The notes: generated by a model not told the origin, from the letters alone. DNA of 64,000 nt from Nibricoccus sp. (GCA_047602425.1 JASGHG010000001.1:3168001-3232000), one strand, 5' to 3'; shown: positions 47,410 through 56,538, counted from the first letter of the stretch. Translations and numbers: made by a program.

Positions 47410-49065
47410 ATGCGCTCAATCATCAGCTGTCTCGTTGTAACCCTTTTTCTGTCTTCCGGCGCACTCTTCGCCGCTACGCAACCAGACAACACGCCACCAA
47501 AGATCCGCGTCGTGCTGGTCGGCGACTCTACTGTAACGGATAACGCGGGTTGGGGCCTCGGCTTTCAACAATTTCTCTCCGACCGGATCGAGTGCACCAA
47601 CTTGTCCAGAGGAGGGCGCAGCTCGATGAGTTTCATCAAGGAAGGGCGGTGGGTGGAGGCGTTAAAGCTCAAAGCCGACTACTATTTGATTCAATTCGGG
47701 CACAACGATGAACCCGGCAAACCCGGACGTTCGACGGAGCTCGACGAATACCGTCGCTATATGAATCAGTACGTCGACGAGGCCCGCGGCATCGGAGCGC
47801 AGCCTGTACTTGTCACTTGTCTCGTACGCCGGCAGTTCGACAAAGACAACGATCACAAAATTACTTCCAGTCTGACACCCCGCGTGGAAATCATCCGCCA
47901 GATCGCGGCGGAGAAAAAGGTGCCGCTTGTCGAACTACACGACCGCAGCAAAGCGCTTTGCGAGCAGCTGGGTCGTGAAGACTGTTATGCCTTCAGTCCG
48001 AAAAAAGACGGCGGCGTCTACGATGGCACACATCTTGATGCCAAAGGCGGCATTTTATTTGCGCGGCTCGTCGTCGATGAACTTCGAAAAGCCGTGCCAA
48101 TTCTTTCGCCAAACCTATTAGCTGAACCAAAAACAACCACGATTGCCGCCAAGGAAACCGCCTACGACGCCGTGGTCTCATTCGACGGTTCCGGAACGCA
48201 TACGACCGTGCAAGCCGCGATCAATGCCGCACCGGCGGAGCGCACTGCGCCCTTTGTGATCCTGATCAAACCCGGCGTTTACAAGGAACATGTTTTTATC
48301 CCGAAGGATAAAACTTATATTGCGCTTCGTGGGGAATCGAACGAATTGAAGGCCACAGTCATCACGCTCGATACCAATGTTGGCTCTGTCGATGCGGTCG
48401 GCAAAAAACTGACTACTCGCGAAAGCGCAACGGTCCTGATCCAAGGCGCAAACTTTTCCGCCGAAAACATCACGTTCGAAAACACGACGACCCGCGAACA
48501 GCATATTCAAGCGCTCGCGATGTACGTGGAAGCCGACCGGGTGAGCTTCAAGAATTGCCGTTTCCTCGGGTGGCAGGATACACTGCGCGTCGACAACGGA
48601 CGCCAATATTTCAAAAACTGTTATATCGAAGGTCACGTCGATTTTATTTACGCGAGCGGCACGGCGGTTTTCGACCATTGCGAAATTCACTGTAAGGCCG
48701 ACGGCTATATTACGGCTGCTTCAACTCCCGCTGGAAACAAGTTCGGCTTCGTCTTTCTCGACTGTCGTGTGACCGCGGCGCCCGAAGTGATCAACGGAGT
48801 GTATCTGGCGCGTCCCTGGCGCGAATACAGCGCGACGGCATTTCTCCGCACCGAACTGCCGGCAAAGATCCATCCCGAAGGCTGGCACAATTGGGGAAAG
48901 CCCGAACGCGAAAAGACCGTGCGCTACGCGGAGTATAAAAACACGGGTCCCGGCGCCGCCCCCGAAAAGCGTGTCGCATGGATTCGTCAGCTCACCGACG
49001 ACGAAGCCAAAGACTACACGGTGGAAAACATCCTGCGAGGGACCGATGGCTGGGCTCCGCGCTAG
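47410..49065 (+). CDS. CE12 acetylesterase-CE8 pectin methylesterase fusion, about 551 aa
   Basis: VGDST, GGRSS, QFGHND, DGTH, then GVYKE, QALA, GWQDTL, GHVDFIY, LARPW; ATG at 47410 gives a signal peptide. Confidence 0.9.
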   Translation: MRSIISCLVVTLFLSSGALFAATQPDNTPPKIRVVLVGDSTVTDNAGWGLGFQQFLSDRIECTNLSRGGRSSMSFIKEGRWVEALKLKADYYLIQFGHNDEPGKPGRSTELDEYRRYMNQYVDEARGIGAQPVLVTCLVRRQFDKDNDHKITSSLTPRVEIIRQIAAEKKVPLVELHDRSKALCEQLGREDCYAFSPKKDGGVYDGTHLDAKGGILFARLVVDELRKAVPILSPNLLAEPKTTTIAAKETAYDAVVSFDGSGTHTTVQAAINAAPAERTAPFVILIKPGVYKEHVFIPKDKTYIALRGESNELKATVITLDTNVGSVDAVGKKLTTRESATVLIQGANFSAENITFENTTTREQHIQALAMYVEADRVSFKNCRFLGWQDTLRVDNGRQYFKNCYIEGHVDFIYASGTAVFDHCEIHCKADGYITAASTPAGNKFGFVFLDCRVTAAPEVINGVYLARPWREYSATAFLRTELPAKIHPEGWHNWGKPEREKTVRYAEYKNTGPGAAPEKRVAWIRQLTDDEAKDYTVENILRGTDGWAPR

Positions 49066-49090
49066 ATGGACTGCGTCGGCGAGCCAGAAA

Positions 49091-50566
49091 TCAACCGGCG
49101 CTGCCCGGGCGCACAGATTCGGACCGCGTTTCCGCAATCGCCCCATCCGTTTTGTATTTTTTAAATGGTTCGTCCATTTCTGCTGGCTCGGGTATGGACA
49201 ATATTTTTGCCGCAAGGGCGCGGGCTTGAACGCGGATTTCAGCCACGGCGCTGGTTTCCCAAAGCACACCCTTTAGAGGAGCCCCGAGTGTCAGCAGCCA
49301 GCCGCTGGGCGCGCCGCGGTAGCGGAAAAGTTCGCCGTCGGAATTGGCATTGAGGCCGAGTGCCAGCGGATCGTGATCGATCAGGCCGCGTGCAAGCAGG
49401 TTGATAAACAAAGGGTGTTGATACTTTGAGTAGTCCGAGCGCGGCCCGGTGCAATTTATCACCTTGGCGACGGTTAGGCTGGTTGACGTGTCTTTGCCGC
49501 GATGCCGGAAGACGGCTTCCGCGCCGGTGGACGTTTCCGTGAGCGATTGCAGACGGCCGGCATAAAAACGGAGCTGACCGCTCTCGCGCAGGCGGTCAAG
49601 CAAGGCATTGGTCTGAGGAGGATAGCGATGGCGGTGTCCTTCCCAATAGGGCCGCACGTGGCGCAGGAAGCGCGAACGCTCGTCCCACGACCAGTTTTTC
49701 CAGATGGCTTGAGTGTAGGGACGCAGAGAATCGATCACGCTTTGCCAGGACTGGCCATTCGCAAGGGCCTTCCGCGCCTCGGTTTTCACGAGGTGAAAGG
49801 CCGCTCGGGCGGTAGGAGGTAGCGGTTGGTTGCGGAGAAAATCGGGATAAACCGGACCGGATCTTTGCGGCTGCGGGAGCAGTCCGCGCCGTGATAGGGC
49901 GTGAATGGTGCCACGATGACCGCTTGATGCGAGTTGGAGAATGATGTCGGCTGCCGTCAGCCCAGCGCCGACAATGAGAATTTCGTCCGACGGATTAATG
50001 CCCTCGAGCGCCGTGTCGGTCCAAGGCACATGAACATAGCGCGGTCCATGGAAAAAACGGAGGGCGCGGCGAATCGGGTATTCGCCCGGGAGATTGCCGA
50101 GCGCGAGAACAACCTGCGACGCCGGGAAAGTGCGTTCGTTCGCGAGGATGACCACGGGCCCCGCGCTGGTTTCTTCGATGTCAATTGCTTCTCCAATGAC
50201 AATTTCGAGCGAGACGTCTTTCTGCGCCGCAGTGCGCGCTTCGGTTAATACGGAATAAATGTACTGACCGTAGAGACTGCGTGGAAGAAAATCGGAAGGC
50301 GTGACGTTATGCGGAAACGTGGAGCGTCCGATCCGCGCGGCGACCCAGGCAAAGAACCCGGTAGGGTCGTCAGGATAAGCCCCGAGGCGATCCGCTGGGA
50401 CATTGAGCAAATGTTCAGGACAACTAGTGCCATAAGCGACACCGCGTCCGATCGGCGGAGAGCGATCCACGATCACAATCCGCGTGGGAGTGGCAGCCTG
50501 CCGGAGCAGATTCGCTGCCACGAGCGTTCCGCTCACACCGCCGCCTATGATTACAATGTTTTTCAC
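49091..50566 (-). CDS. FAD/NAD(P)-binding flavoprotein (NAD_binding_9/YdhS-like), about 491 aa
   Basis: IIGGGVSG, GRGVAYG...HLLNVPA, PRSLYGQY, IVGAGLTAAD, INCTG; GTG at 50566 inferred. Confidence 0.8.
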   Translation of the reverse strand: MKNIVIIGGGVSGTLVAANLLRQAATPTRIVIVDRSPPIGRGVAYGTSCPEHLLNVPADRLGAYPDDPTGFFAWVAARIGRSTFPHNVTPSDFLPRSLYGQYIYSVLTEARTAAQKDVSLEIVIGEAIDIEETSAGPVVILANERTFPASQVVLALGNLPGEYPIRRALRFFHGPRYVHVPWTDTALEGINPSDEILIVGAGLTAADIILQLASSGHRGTIHALSRRGLLPQPQRSGPVYPDFLRNQPLPPTARAAFHLVKTEARKALANGQSWQSVIDSLRPYTQAIWKNWSWDERSRFLRHVRPYWEGHRHRYPPQTNALLDRLRESGQLRFYAGRLQSLTETSTGAEAVFRHRGKDTSTSLTVAKVINCTGPRSDYSKYQHPLFINLLARGLIDHDPLALGLNANSDGELFRYRGAPSGWLLTLGAPLKGVLWETSAVAEIRVQARALAAKILSIPEPAEMDEPFKKYKTDGAIAETRSESVRPGSAG

Positions 50567-50649
50567 GAGGATAAGGTGCCTGACATTGAGCTTGCACGAT
50601 AGTTGGACACCAAAATTGAAAGGGTGTGCGGGGCGAAGACGTGGTATGA

Positions 50650-51660
50650 CTATTTTTTCTCGTAGATTTGGTCGAACACGCCGCCATCGGTAAAATGACG
50701 TTTCTGAGCCTCCGCCCAACTGCCGAAAATTTCGTCAACAGTGAAGAGCGGCAGGGGCTTGAAACGGTCGGAATGTTTTTTGAGAAGCTCGGCCTCGATT
50801 GGCCGGAAATGATGTTTGACCGCGAGCTCCTGGGCCTCGGGACTGTAGAGGAATTCCAAATACGCTTTGGCCAGGTCGGCCGTGCCTTTTTTCTTCACGA
50901 CCTTATCGACCCAGACGACGGGGTTTTCCGCGAGAATGCTTGTCGATGGCACGACTGCCTCGAAATTCTCGCCGGAGAATTCCTTTTGTGTGAGGGCGAT
51001 TTCGTTTTCGAAAGTGAGAAGAACGTCGCCGATGCCGCGTTGAGCAAACGAGGTGGTGGCGCCGCGTCCACCTGTGTCGAGGACCGGCACATTGTGGAAA
51101 AGCTGTTTCACAAAGGTTCGGGCCGATTCGTCCGTGCCGCCGGGCAGTCGTTTTGCGTAGCCCCATGCGGCGAGATAACTGTAGCGGCCATTGCCGGATG
51201 TTTTCGGATTGGGAATGACAACCGAAACGTCGGGACGCAGCAGATCGTTCCAGTCCTTGATGCCTTTGGGATTACCTTTGCGAACGAGGAATAAAATTGT
51301 CGACGTTGTCGGGACGCTTTTGTTCGGCAAACGCTCCACCCAATTGGGCGGGATCAAGCGCGAGGCCGCGAGCATATCGATGTCGAGCGCTTGGTTCATC
51401 GTGACGACGTCGGCCTCAAGTCCATCGAGGACGCTGCGGACCTGCTTGCTGGAACCGCCGTGCGATTGCTGCACGGAAACGGTTTGCCCCGTCTGGGTTT
51501 TCCAATGGGCGATGAAAGCCGTGTTGAAATCCTTGTAGTACTCGCGTGTGACGTCGTACGAGACGTTGAGGAGGTTGGCGGCCGCGAGATTTGCGGCGCC
51601 AAAAATCAGTGCGAGCGCGACAACAGCAAAGCGCGAGACGGTTGATTGGATATTTTTCAT
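50650..51660 (-). CDS. sbp: Sulfate/thiosulfate ABC transporter substrate-binding protein
   Basis: LLNVSYDVTRE, QSHGGSSKQ, NPKTSGNGR, DTGGRGATTSF, GDVLLTFENE, HFTDGGVFDQI. Confidence 0.93.
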   Translation of the reverse strand: MKNIQSTVSRFAVVALALIFGAANLAAANLLNVSYDVTREYYKDFNTAFIAHWKTQTGQTVSVQQSHGGSSKQVRSVLDGLEADVVTMNQALDIDMLAASRLIPPNWVERLPNKSVPTTSTILFLVRKGNPKGIKDWNDLLRPDVSVVIPNPKTSGNGRYSYLAAWGYAKRLPGGTDESARTFVKQLFHNVPVLDTGGRGATTSFAQRGIGDVLLTFENEIALTQKEFSGENFEAVVPSTSILAENPVVWVDKVVKKKGTADLAKAYLEFLYSPEAQELAVKHHFRPIEAELLKKHSDRFKPLPLFTVDEIFGSWAEAQKRHFTDGGVFDQIYEKK

Positions 51661-51664
51661 GGTT

Positions 51665-52468
51665 TTAGATTCCTTGGCTGTAAGCCTGGAGCCCACGATA
51701 GCGCAGAACGAAGCGTTTTAAAATCGAGGTGACCGAATCCCGATGGAGATCGGCGGACCAGGAAGCGGGTATGCGCAAAGTCAGCTCGAAAGGAGGGAAG
51801 GGCAGATCGTCCATCAATGACAAAGGCCCGTCAGCGGATGCTGAACCCGGAGCATCGGCTTCCCAACGTACGGCCAGAGGTTCGAAGTCTTCCGACGAAA
51901 TCAGCTCCACGCCAGCCGCTTCGTCCGTGCCGCGCAAACTCACCGTGATGTCATCGATGTCACGGGCGGTTTCGAGACGGACGAAGCCATGGTAACCTCG
52001 CGTGCGCGCATCTTTGCCCAGCAGCGAAATCTCGGGGAGACTGGAATGCGACCAGTTTTTTGTCGCTAGCTTGCGGTTGTTGACTCCCAAGTAAAGGCCG
52101 AGAACGTCGACCAGCGGAAAGATCGAAAGGTTAAGTCCGTGGCCAAGATCGGGCGCGAGCACGAGATGCTCGACGAATTGCGCCAGGGCAAACGAGCCGC
52201 GCAAATCCGTATGATCAAAACCGCTTAAAAATGCCAGGCGCAGCGATTCGTCGTGAGTGTGCGGGCCAAAATATACGAAGCGGGGAAGATGCAGCGGATG
52301 GTTTTGGTGATAAAACGGCCCAACCGGAGAACCGAAAACGTGATTGGAACGTTGAGAAAGTGCGTAGAGCGAGCTGAACCATTCGATGAGCTCCGACGAA
52401 GGCGTTTTTTCTAACGCAGCCGCAGGGCTATGAGTGACGGACGAAAAACGGGCAGACGCGGTGGACAT
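51665..52468 (-). CDS. Hypothetical protein, possibly a degenerate M14 carboxypeptidase-like fold, 267 aa
   Basis: Pattern LPRFVYFGP...LRLAFLSG...LSIFPLVD...PEI...PFELTL resembles M14-like proteins but lacks HxxE. Confidence 0.55.
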   Translation of the reverse strand: MSTASARFSSVTHSPAAALEKTPSSELIEWFSSLYALSQRSNHVFGSPVGPFYHQNHPLHLPRFVYFGPHTHDESLRLAFLSGFDHTDLRGSFALAQFVEHLVLAPDLGHGLNLSIFPLVDVLGLYLGVNNRKLATKNWSHSSLPEISLLGKDARTRGYHGFVRLETARDIDDITVSLRGTDEAAGVELISSEDFEPLAVRWEADAPGSASADGPLSLMDDLPFPPFELTLRIPASWSADLHRDSVTSILKRFVLRYRGLQAYSQGI

Positions 52469-52609
52469 GGGGAAATTGATTTTGAGAGTTTCAAAAGGTT
52501 TTGGACGAAACGTTCTTTTTCTAAAAAGTCGGACCGCAGAGCTTCCTTGCAGAACCGACGCAGTGAACCAAGGCGGGTAATCTGAATGTTTTTTCGGGGA
52601 GAATCTTCC

Positions 52610-52798
52610 TTAAGCAAGCGGGTTGGTTTTAGGTGATCCTAAACGGGTCTTCTCCGTTTTTTCGATCTGAGTAACTACTTGGTCATGAACGACTATTTGA
52701 ACAACGCCGTAACGGAGACTTTCGACTTTCAAGCGGACTACTTCGAGCCAGTCTAGGTTGGCTTCAGGGTGAAGGACTAGAGAATCGTTAGCAGGCAT
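52610..52798 (-). CDS. YezD/DUF2292 (OscA-like) small protein, 62 aa
   Basis: VESLRYGVVQIVVHDQVVTQIEKTEKTRL signature; lies upstream of sbp. Confidence 0.85.
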   Translation of the reverse strand: MPANDSLVLHPEANLDWLEVVRLKVESLRYGVVQIVVHDQVVTQIEKTEKTRLGSPKTNPLA

Positions 52799-52803
52799 TG
52801 TGA

Positions 52804-52855
52804 AAAGTCTACTGAATTAATAGGGAATACAAAGTACACAAATTCAGTGGGGATT
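52804..52855. promoter_or_regulatory. Two tandem 25-bp AT-rich imperfect palindromes, candidate Rrf2-family (CymR/IscR-like) operators
   Basis: AAAGTCTACTGAATTAATAGGGAAT and AAAGTACACAAATTCAGTGGGGATT, 27-bp period, directly before yezD. Confidence 0.5.
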
Positions 52856-53027
52856 AAAAGCAAGCTGTTTTTTATCTTTCGGGATTTTTTGGGGGTTCCT
52901 CCACTTGGCACGTCAGCGAGGCGCTCGTGCTGCCTTTTCACGGCTGGCAGAGCATGGATCTTGGAAATGATTAACAGTTTCTGCTTGGCCTGTTTCGCTG
53001 CGCTTATGACCTCCATAGGAGAGACGC

Positions 53028-53044
53028 GTGGCATCTGCTTTGCT
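53028..53044 (+). promoter_or_regulatory. sigma54 -24/-12 promoter of the nifA-like gene
   Basis: GTGGCATCTGCTTTGCT = GG-N10-GC. Confidence 0.68.
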
Positions 53045-53054
53045 TAGGGCAGGT

Positions 53055-54683
53055 GTGAACGAATGTGAACGATGCGGAGTCCATGCTTCCGGTGCCGAAG
53101 TGCGAACCAACGTAGCGCTGCGATGCCGCGTGATTCGCGAAATCGATTCTCTGCACGCGGTCTCAACAATGCTCGCGCTGGGCGGAGATTTTACCGCGGC
53201 GATGACGGCGCTGTTCTCACAGCTGTCATTAGCCACAAGTCTTCGGGAGGGATTGCTGGCTGTTTTTGACCGCGAACACGAAATGCTCGTGGCTGACGAA
53301 CATATTGGTGAGACCGCCGCGGCTTCATCGACACGGGCAACCGCCAAAAAAGGCGATGGGTTGTTGGGACGCGTGCTCGATGACGGCGAGCCCATGTTGA
53401 TTGAACGTATTGAGCAAATTGATTCGCCGATCAGCGTTCTCGATCGCCTGCAGTGTCGCCCGGAAAACGCGGGCAAGGCCTGGATCGCCGTGCCAATCCG
53501 CCACGGTCAGGAAGTGCTCGGCACGCTGAGCTTTGTATGCCTGGCCGCCGAACGCGAAGTGTTAGAGGCCGACTTGCGTTTTTTGGCTTTGATCGCGGGT
53601 CAGGTCGGCCTGGCGGTGCGTTTTCGCCAGGTGGCGAAGGAACGCATCGATTCGCTGCAAAAGGAAAATGAACGTCTGCAAGAGCAGATAAAAAAGAGCT
53701 TTGTCCCTGACGGAATGATCGGCCGTTCCTCAGCCATGCGCATGGTCTATTTTCACATTGATCAAGTGGCGGACAGCAAAACAACCGTGCTAATCCGCGG
53801 AGAAACCGGTGTGGGCAAAGAACGTATTGCTCAGGCGATTTGGATGGGTGGCTCACGCAAAACCAAAGCCTTCGTGCGCGTCAACTGCGCCGCGCTGCCG
53901 GAAAGCATCATCGAGAGTGAACTCTTCGGCCACGAGAAAGGGGCATTCACCGGCGCTCTCGCCTTGCGCAAGGGCCGTTTCGAACTGGCTCATGGCGGCA
54001 CGCTTTTCCTCGATGAAATCGGAGAGATTTCACTCTCCACCCAGGCCAAGCTTTTGCGGGTTTTGCAGGAAGGCTCATTTGAGCGGGTCGGCGGCACGCA
54101 GACGATCAGAGTGGATGTCCGTGTTGTCACCGCAACTAATCGGAACCTGGAAAAGATGATTGAGGAGGGGAAATTCCGTCTCGACCTCTACTATAGAATT
54201 AATGTTTTCCCTGTCTACATTCCGCCGTTGCGTGAGCGAAAGAGCGATATACTGGAATTGGCTGATTATTTTCTCGAAAAAAATTCAGCGCAGGGCGGAA
54301 AGAAAGTGGTGCGCCTTTCCACGCCCGCAATCGACATGCTCATGGCTTATCACTGGCCTGGCAACGTGCGCGAACTGGAAAATATCATCGAGCGTGCCGT
54401 GTTGCTCAGCCAGGACGGTGTTATCCACGCCTATCATCTACCTCCAACGTTGCAGACTGCTGAAGCTTCTGGAACCGAACCCAAAGGTACACTTCAGGAG
54501 GCGCTCGATGCCGTGGAGCGTGAAATGATTGTTGAAGCGCTGAAATTAAATAGAGGCTTTATGGCCAAGGCGGCGCGTCAGCTCGGGCTTACGGAGCGAA
54601 TCATGGGATTAAGGGTTAAAAAATACGAGATTTCACCAGAGCGCTTTCGAATGGAAACGCAGCCGCCGGCGACGCCAAGTTGA
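53055..54683 (+). CDS. nifA: NifA-like sigma54 activator (GAF-AAA+-HTH), about 542 aa
   Basis: GAF (WIAVPI...LGTL), GETGVGKE, ESELFGHEKGAFTGA, WPGNVREL, HTH; adjacent to nif genes; GTG at 53055 chosen because the track start lies inside the promoter. Confidence 0.82.
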   Translation: MNECERCGVHASGAEVRTNVALRCRVIREIDSLHAVSTMLALGGDFTAAMTALFSQLSLATSLREGLLAVFDREHEMLVADEHIGETAAASSTRATAKKGDGLLGRVLDDGEPMLIERIEQIDSPISVLDRLQCRPENAGKAWIAVPIRHGQEVLGTLSFVCLAAEREVLEADLRFLALIAGQVGLAVRFRQVAKERIDSLQKENERLQEQIKKSFVPDGMIGRSSAMRMVYFHIDQVADSKTTVLIRGETGVGKERIAQAIWMGGSRKTKAFVRVNCAALPESIIESELFGHEKGAFTGALALRKGRFELAHGGTLFLDEIGEISLSTQAKLLRVLQEGSFERVGGTQTIRVDVRVVTATNRNLEKMIEEGKFRLDLYYRINVFPVYIPPLRERKSDILELADYFLEKNSAQGGKKVVRLSTPAIDMLMAYHWPGNVRELENIIERAVLLSQDGVIHAYHLPPTLQTAEASGTEPKGTLQEALDAVEREMIVEALKLNRGFMAKAARQLGLTERIMGLRVKKYEISPERFRMETQPPATPS

Positions 54684-54728
54684 CGGTGTTGCAATTTGTG
54701 GGGCGGTTTTGGTTCGACCACCCACCAT

Positions 54729-55532
54729 CTAGAAAAGCTGTGTTTGTACACGATATTCGCCACCGAGGATGAGGTATTCCAATTCGCCGCCGAGCAGATG
54801 AGGCGGAAGTAGGCCGCTGAAGAAAACGATCTTCTGGAGCGGCACGCGCACCTTCCAGACGAGGGAGCCAAATTCCCAAGCTACCTCGGGATCTGACGTG
54901 AATGAGCTAAGATTGTTGAGCATAACCAATGCGCGGCGCTCCGAAGGCCGGTCGCGCACGGCATATTCCTCGGGATCATGAGTGCCACGATAGAGAGTCA
55001 GCCAGTGTTCACCGGGATGACGGCGCTCGAGTTCGTATTGGCAAAATGTATACAGAAGATCCAGCTGCATGGCGACCGCGACAGTTTTGGCGGCGCCTCG
55101 CATGCAGTCGCGATGATAACGCTCGGCCGCCCCGGGGTCGTCGGGCAGGCGTCCTCCGTGATAGCGAGGCGGCAGGCCGAAACGGTTTGCCGCCCACGAT
55201 TTCAGGACGGCGCCCGAGTGTCCGTTACTATCAGCGCCCCAGCCGTGAAGGAATTGCACGTAACTGCTGCGAAGGCTCGAGCGTGCGGAGGCCTGGTGTT
55301 CGGCCCACTCATGTAGGCGGAATTTCACGGAAACGTAATCATGAAAGATTTCGCCGCGGTGCTCTGGCTCGTCGATTGAGTCGAGCATGCGGAAAAGACG
55401 ACGGTCCGTCGTGAGTACGCTGTCGATTTCGAGCGGTTTAGGATTTTCCTGAAAATCGACACTCGCAATTACCCACGGTGGGAGATTGCAGCGGTTGAAG
55501 GCGTTCGGCGAAATCTCTGGTGGCGGGTGCAC
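54729..55532 (-). CDS. draT: NAD+-dinitrogenase reductase ADP-ribosyltransferase, 267 aa
   Basis: NRCNLP, GWGADSN...GAVLKSW...RFGL, QLDLLYTFCQYEL, LYRG, LNNLSSFT, ExE (ELEY). Confidence 0.92.
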   Translation of the reverse strand: MHPPPEISPNAFNRCNLPPWVIASVDFQENPKPLEIDSVLTTDRRLFRMLDSIDEPEHRGEIFHDYVSVKFRLHEWAEHQASARSSLRSSYVQFLHGWGADSNGHSGAVLKSWAANRFGLPPRYHGGRLPDDPGAAERYHRDCMRGAAKTVAVAMQLDLLYTFCQYELERRHPGEHWLTLYRGTHDPEEYAVRDRPSERRALVMLNNLSSFTSDPEVAWEFGSLVWKVRVPLQKIVFFSGLLPPHLLGGELEYLILGGEYRVQTQLF

Positions 55533-55541
55533 GTCGGTAGG

Positions 55542-56504
55542 CTAAATGGCGGCTGGTTTTGGGGCGGTGAGGGGAAGGGGAGTAACCGTAGTCACGGCAG
55601 GGATGGCGATGGCGGCTTGTGCGCGGTTTTGCAGGGCAAGAAGTCGATCGCATTGATCGCGAATGGACTCACGCACCCCGGAATCAAGTTTCCTTAACCA
55701 ACGATCAGGGATAGAATCGATCCCGTACAAGGCGCCAGCCAGCTGGCCAGCGAGTGCGCCAGTCGTATCTGCGTCGCCACCTCGGTTGACGACACACAGC
55801 AGGCATTCTTCAAAATTGTCGGTGTTGAAGAACGCATCGAAAACGGTCTGCACCGTATCGACGATATAGCCACTGGTCATTCCCGGCCAGGGGTCGAAGC
55901 GAAAGTTTGGAATGCACTCGACCAAGATCGTTGCTTCGGCACGGGCAGCGGCGAGCCCTTCGCCTCGCAGTAAACGGCGGGTCATGCGGCCGAGCGTGAG
56001 CGTGGCCGCGTCAGAGAGCGGATGGTTGTGCGTGATATGGGCCTGGGCGAGTGACACGCGTTCGAAGATATCTTCGTCGTCGAGCGTGGCGATGACTGCG
56101 GGTAGATTGCGCATAGCGGCGCCGTTTCCGGCGCTATCGGGTGCAGGGTCCGCCTGCAGCGCCCCCTGCAACATATAGCGCCGAATGCCGCGGCGGCAGG
56201 TGTTGCCGATGTCCACCGGGCAACTGTGCATCCATTTCACGTATGCGTCGGCGATAACACGAGTGTCCTCCATGCCGCCTCGAAGAAGTGCATTACCCAA
56301 GGCCAGACACATTTCGGTGTCATCCGTGACGTGGCCTGGTCTTAATTTTAACCAACCACCACCAACAATATTTGTGTGTTGTTTGTGGATCGCCACCACC
56401 TCTCGCGCGGTCATGAACTCGACCGTCGCACCCAGCGCATCGCCGATCGCGAGGCCGAGATAGGCTCCGAGGGTGCGTTGTGTAAGCGTGACGTGCGTTT
56501 GCAT
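55542..56504 (-). CDS. draG: ADP-ribosyl-[dinitrogenase reductase] hydrolase, 320 aa
   Basis: GDALGATVEFM, GGGWL, VTDDTEM, DIGNTC, GNGAAMR, THNHP, GGDADT. Confidence 0.94.
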   Translation of the reverse strand: MQTHVTLTQRTLGAYLGLAIGDALGATVEFMTAREVVAIHKQHTNIVGGGWLKLRPGHVTDDTEMCLALGNALLRGGMEDTRVIADAYVKWMHSCPVDIGNTCRRGIRRYMLQGALQADPAPDSAGNGAAMRNLPAVIATLDDEDIFERVSLAQAHITHNHPLSDAATLTLGRMTRRLLRGEGLAAARAEATILVECIPNFRFDPWPGMTSGYIVDTVQTVFDAFFNTDNFEECLLCVVNRGGDADTTGALAGQLAGALYGIDSIPDRWLRKLDSGVRESIRDQCDRLLALQNRAQAAIAIPAVTTVTPLPLTAPKPAAI

Positions 56505-56522
56505 GAAAGCGGTTGCCCTTGC

Positions 56523-56538
56523 TGCAGCCAGAATGCCC
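56523..56538 (-). promoter_or_regulatory. Possible sigma54 promoter of draG-draT
   Basis: Minus strand GGGCATTCTGGCTGCA = GG-N10-GC. Confidence 0.45.
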
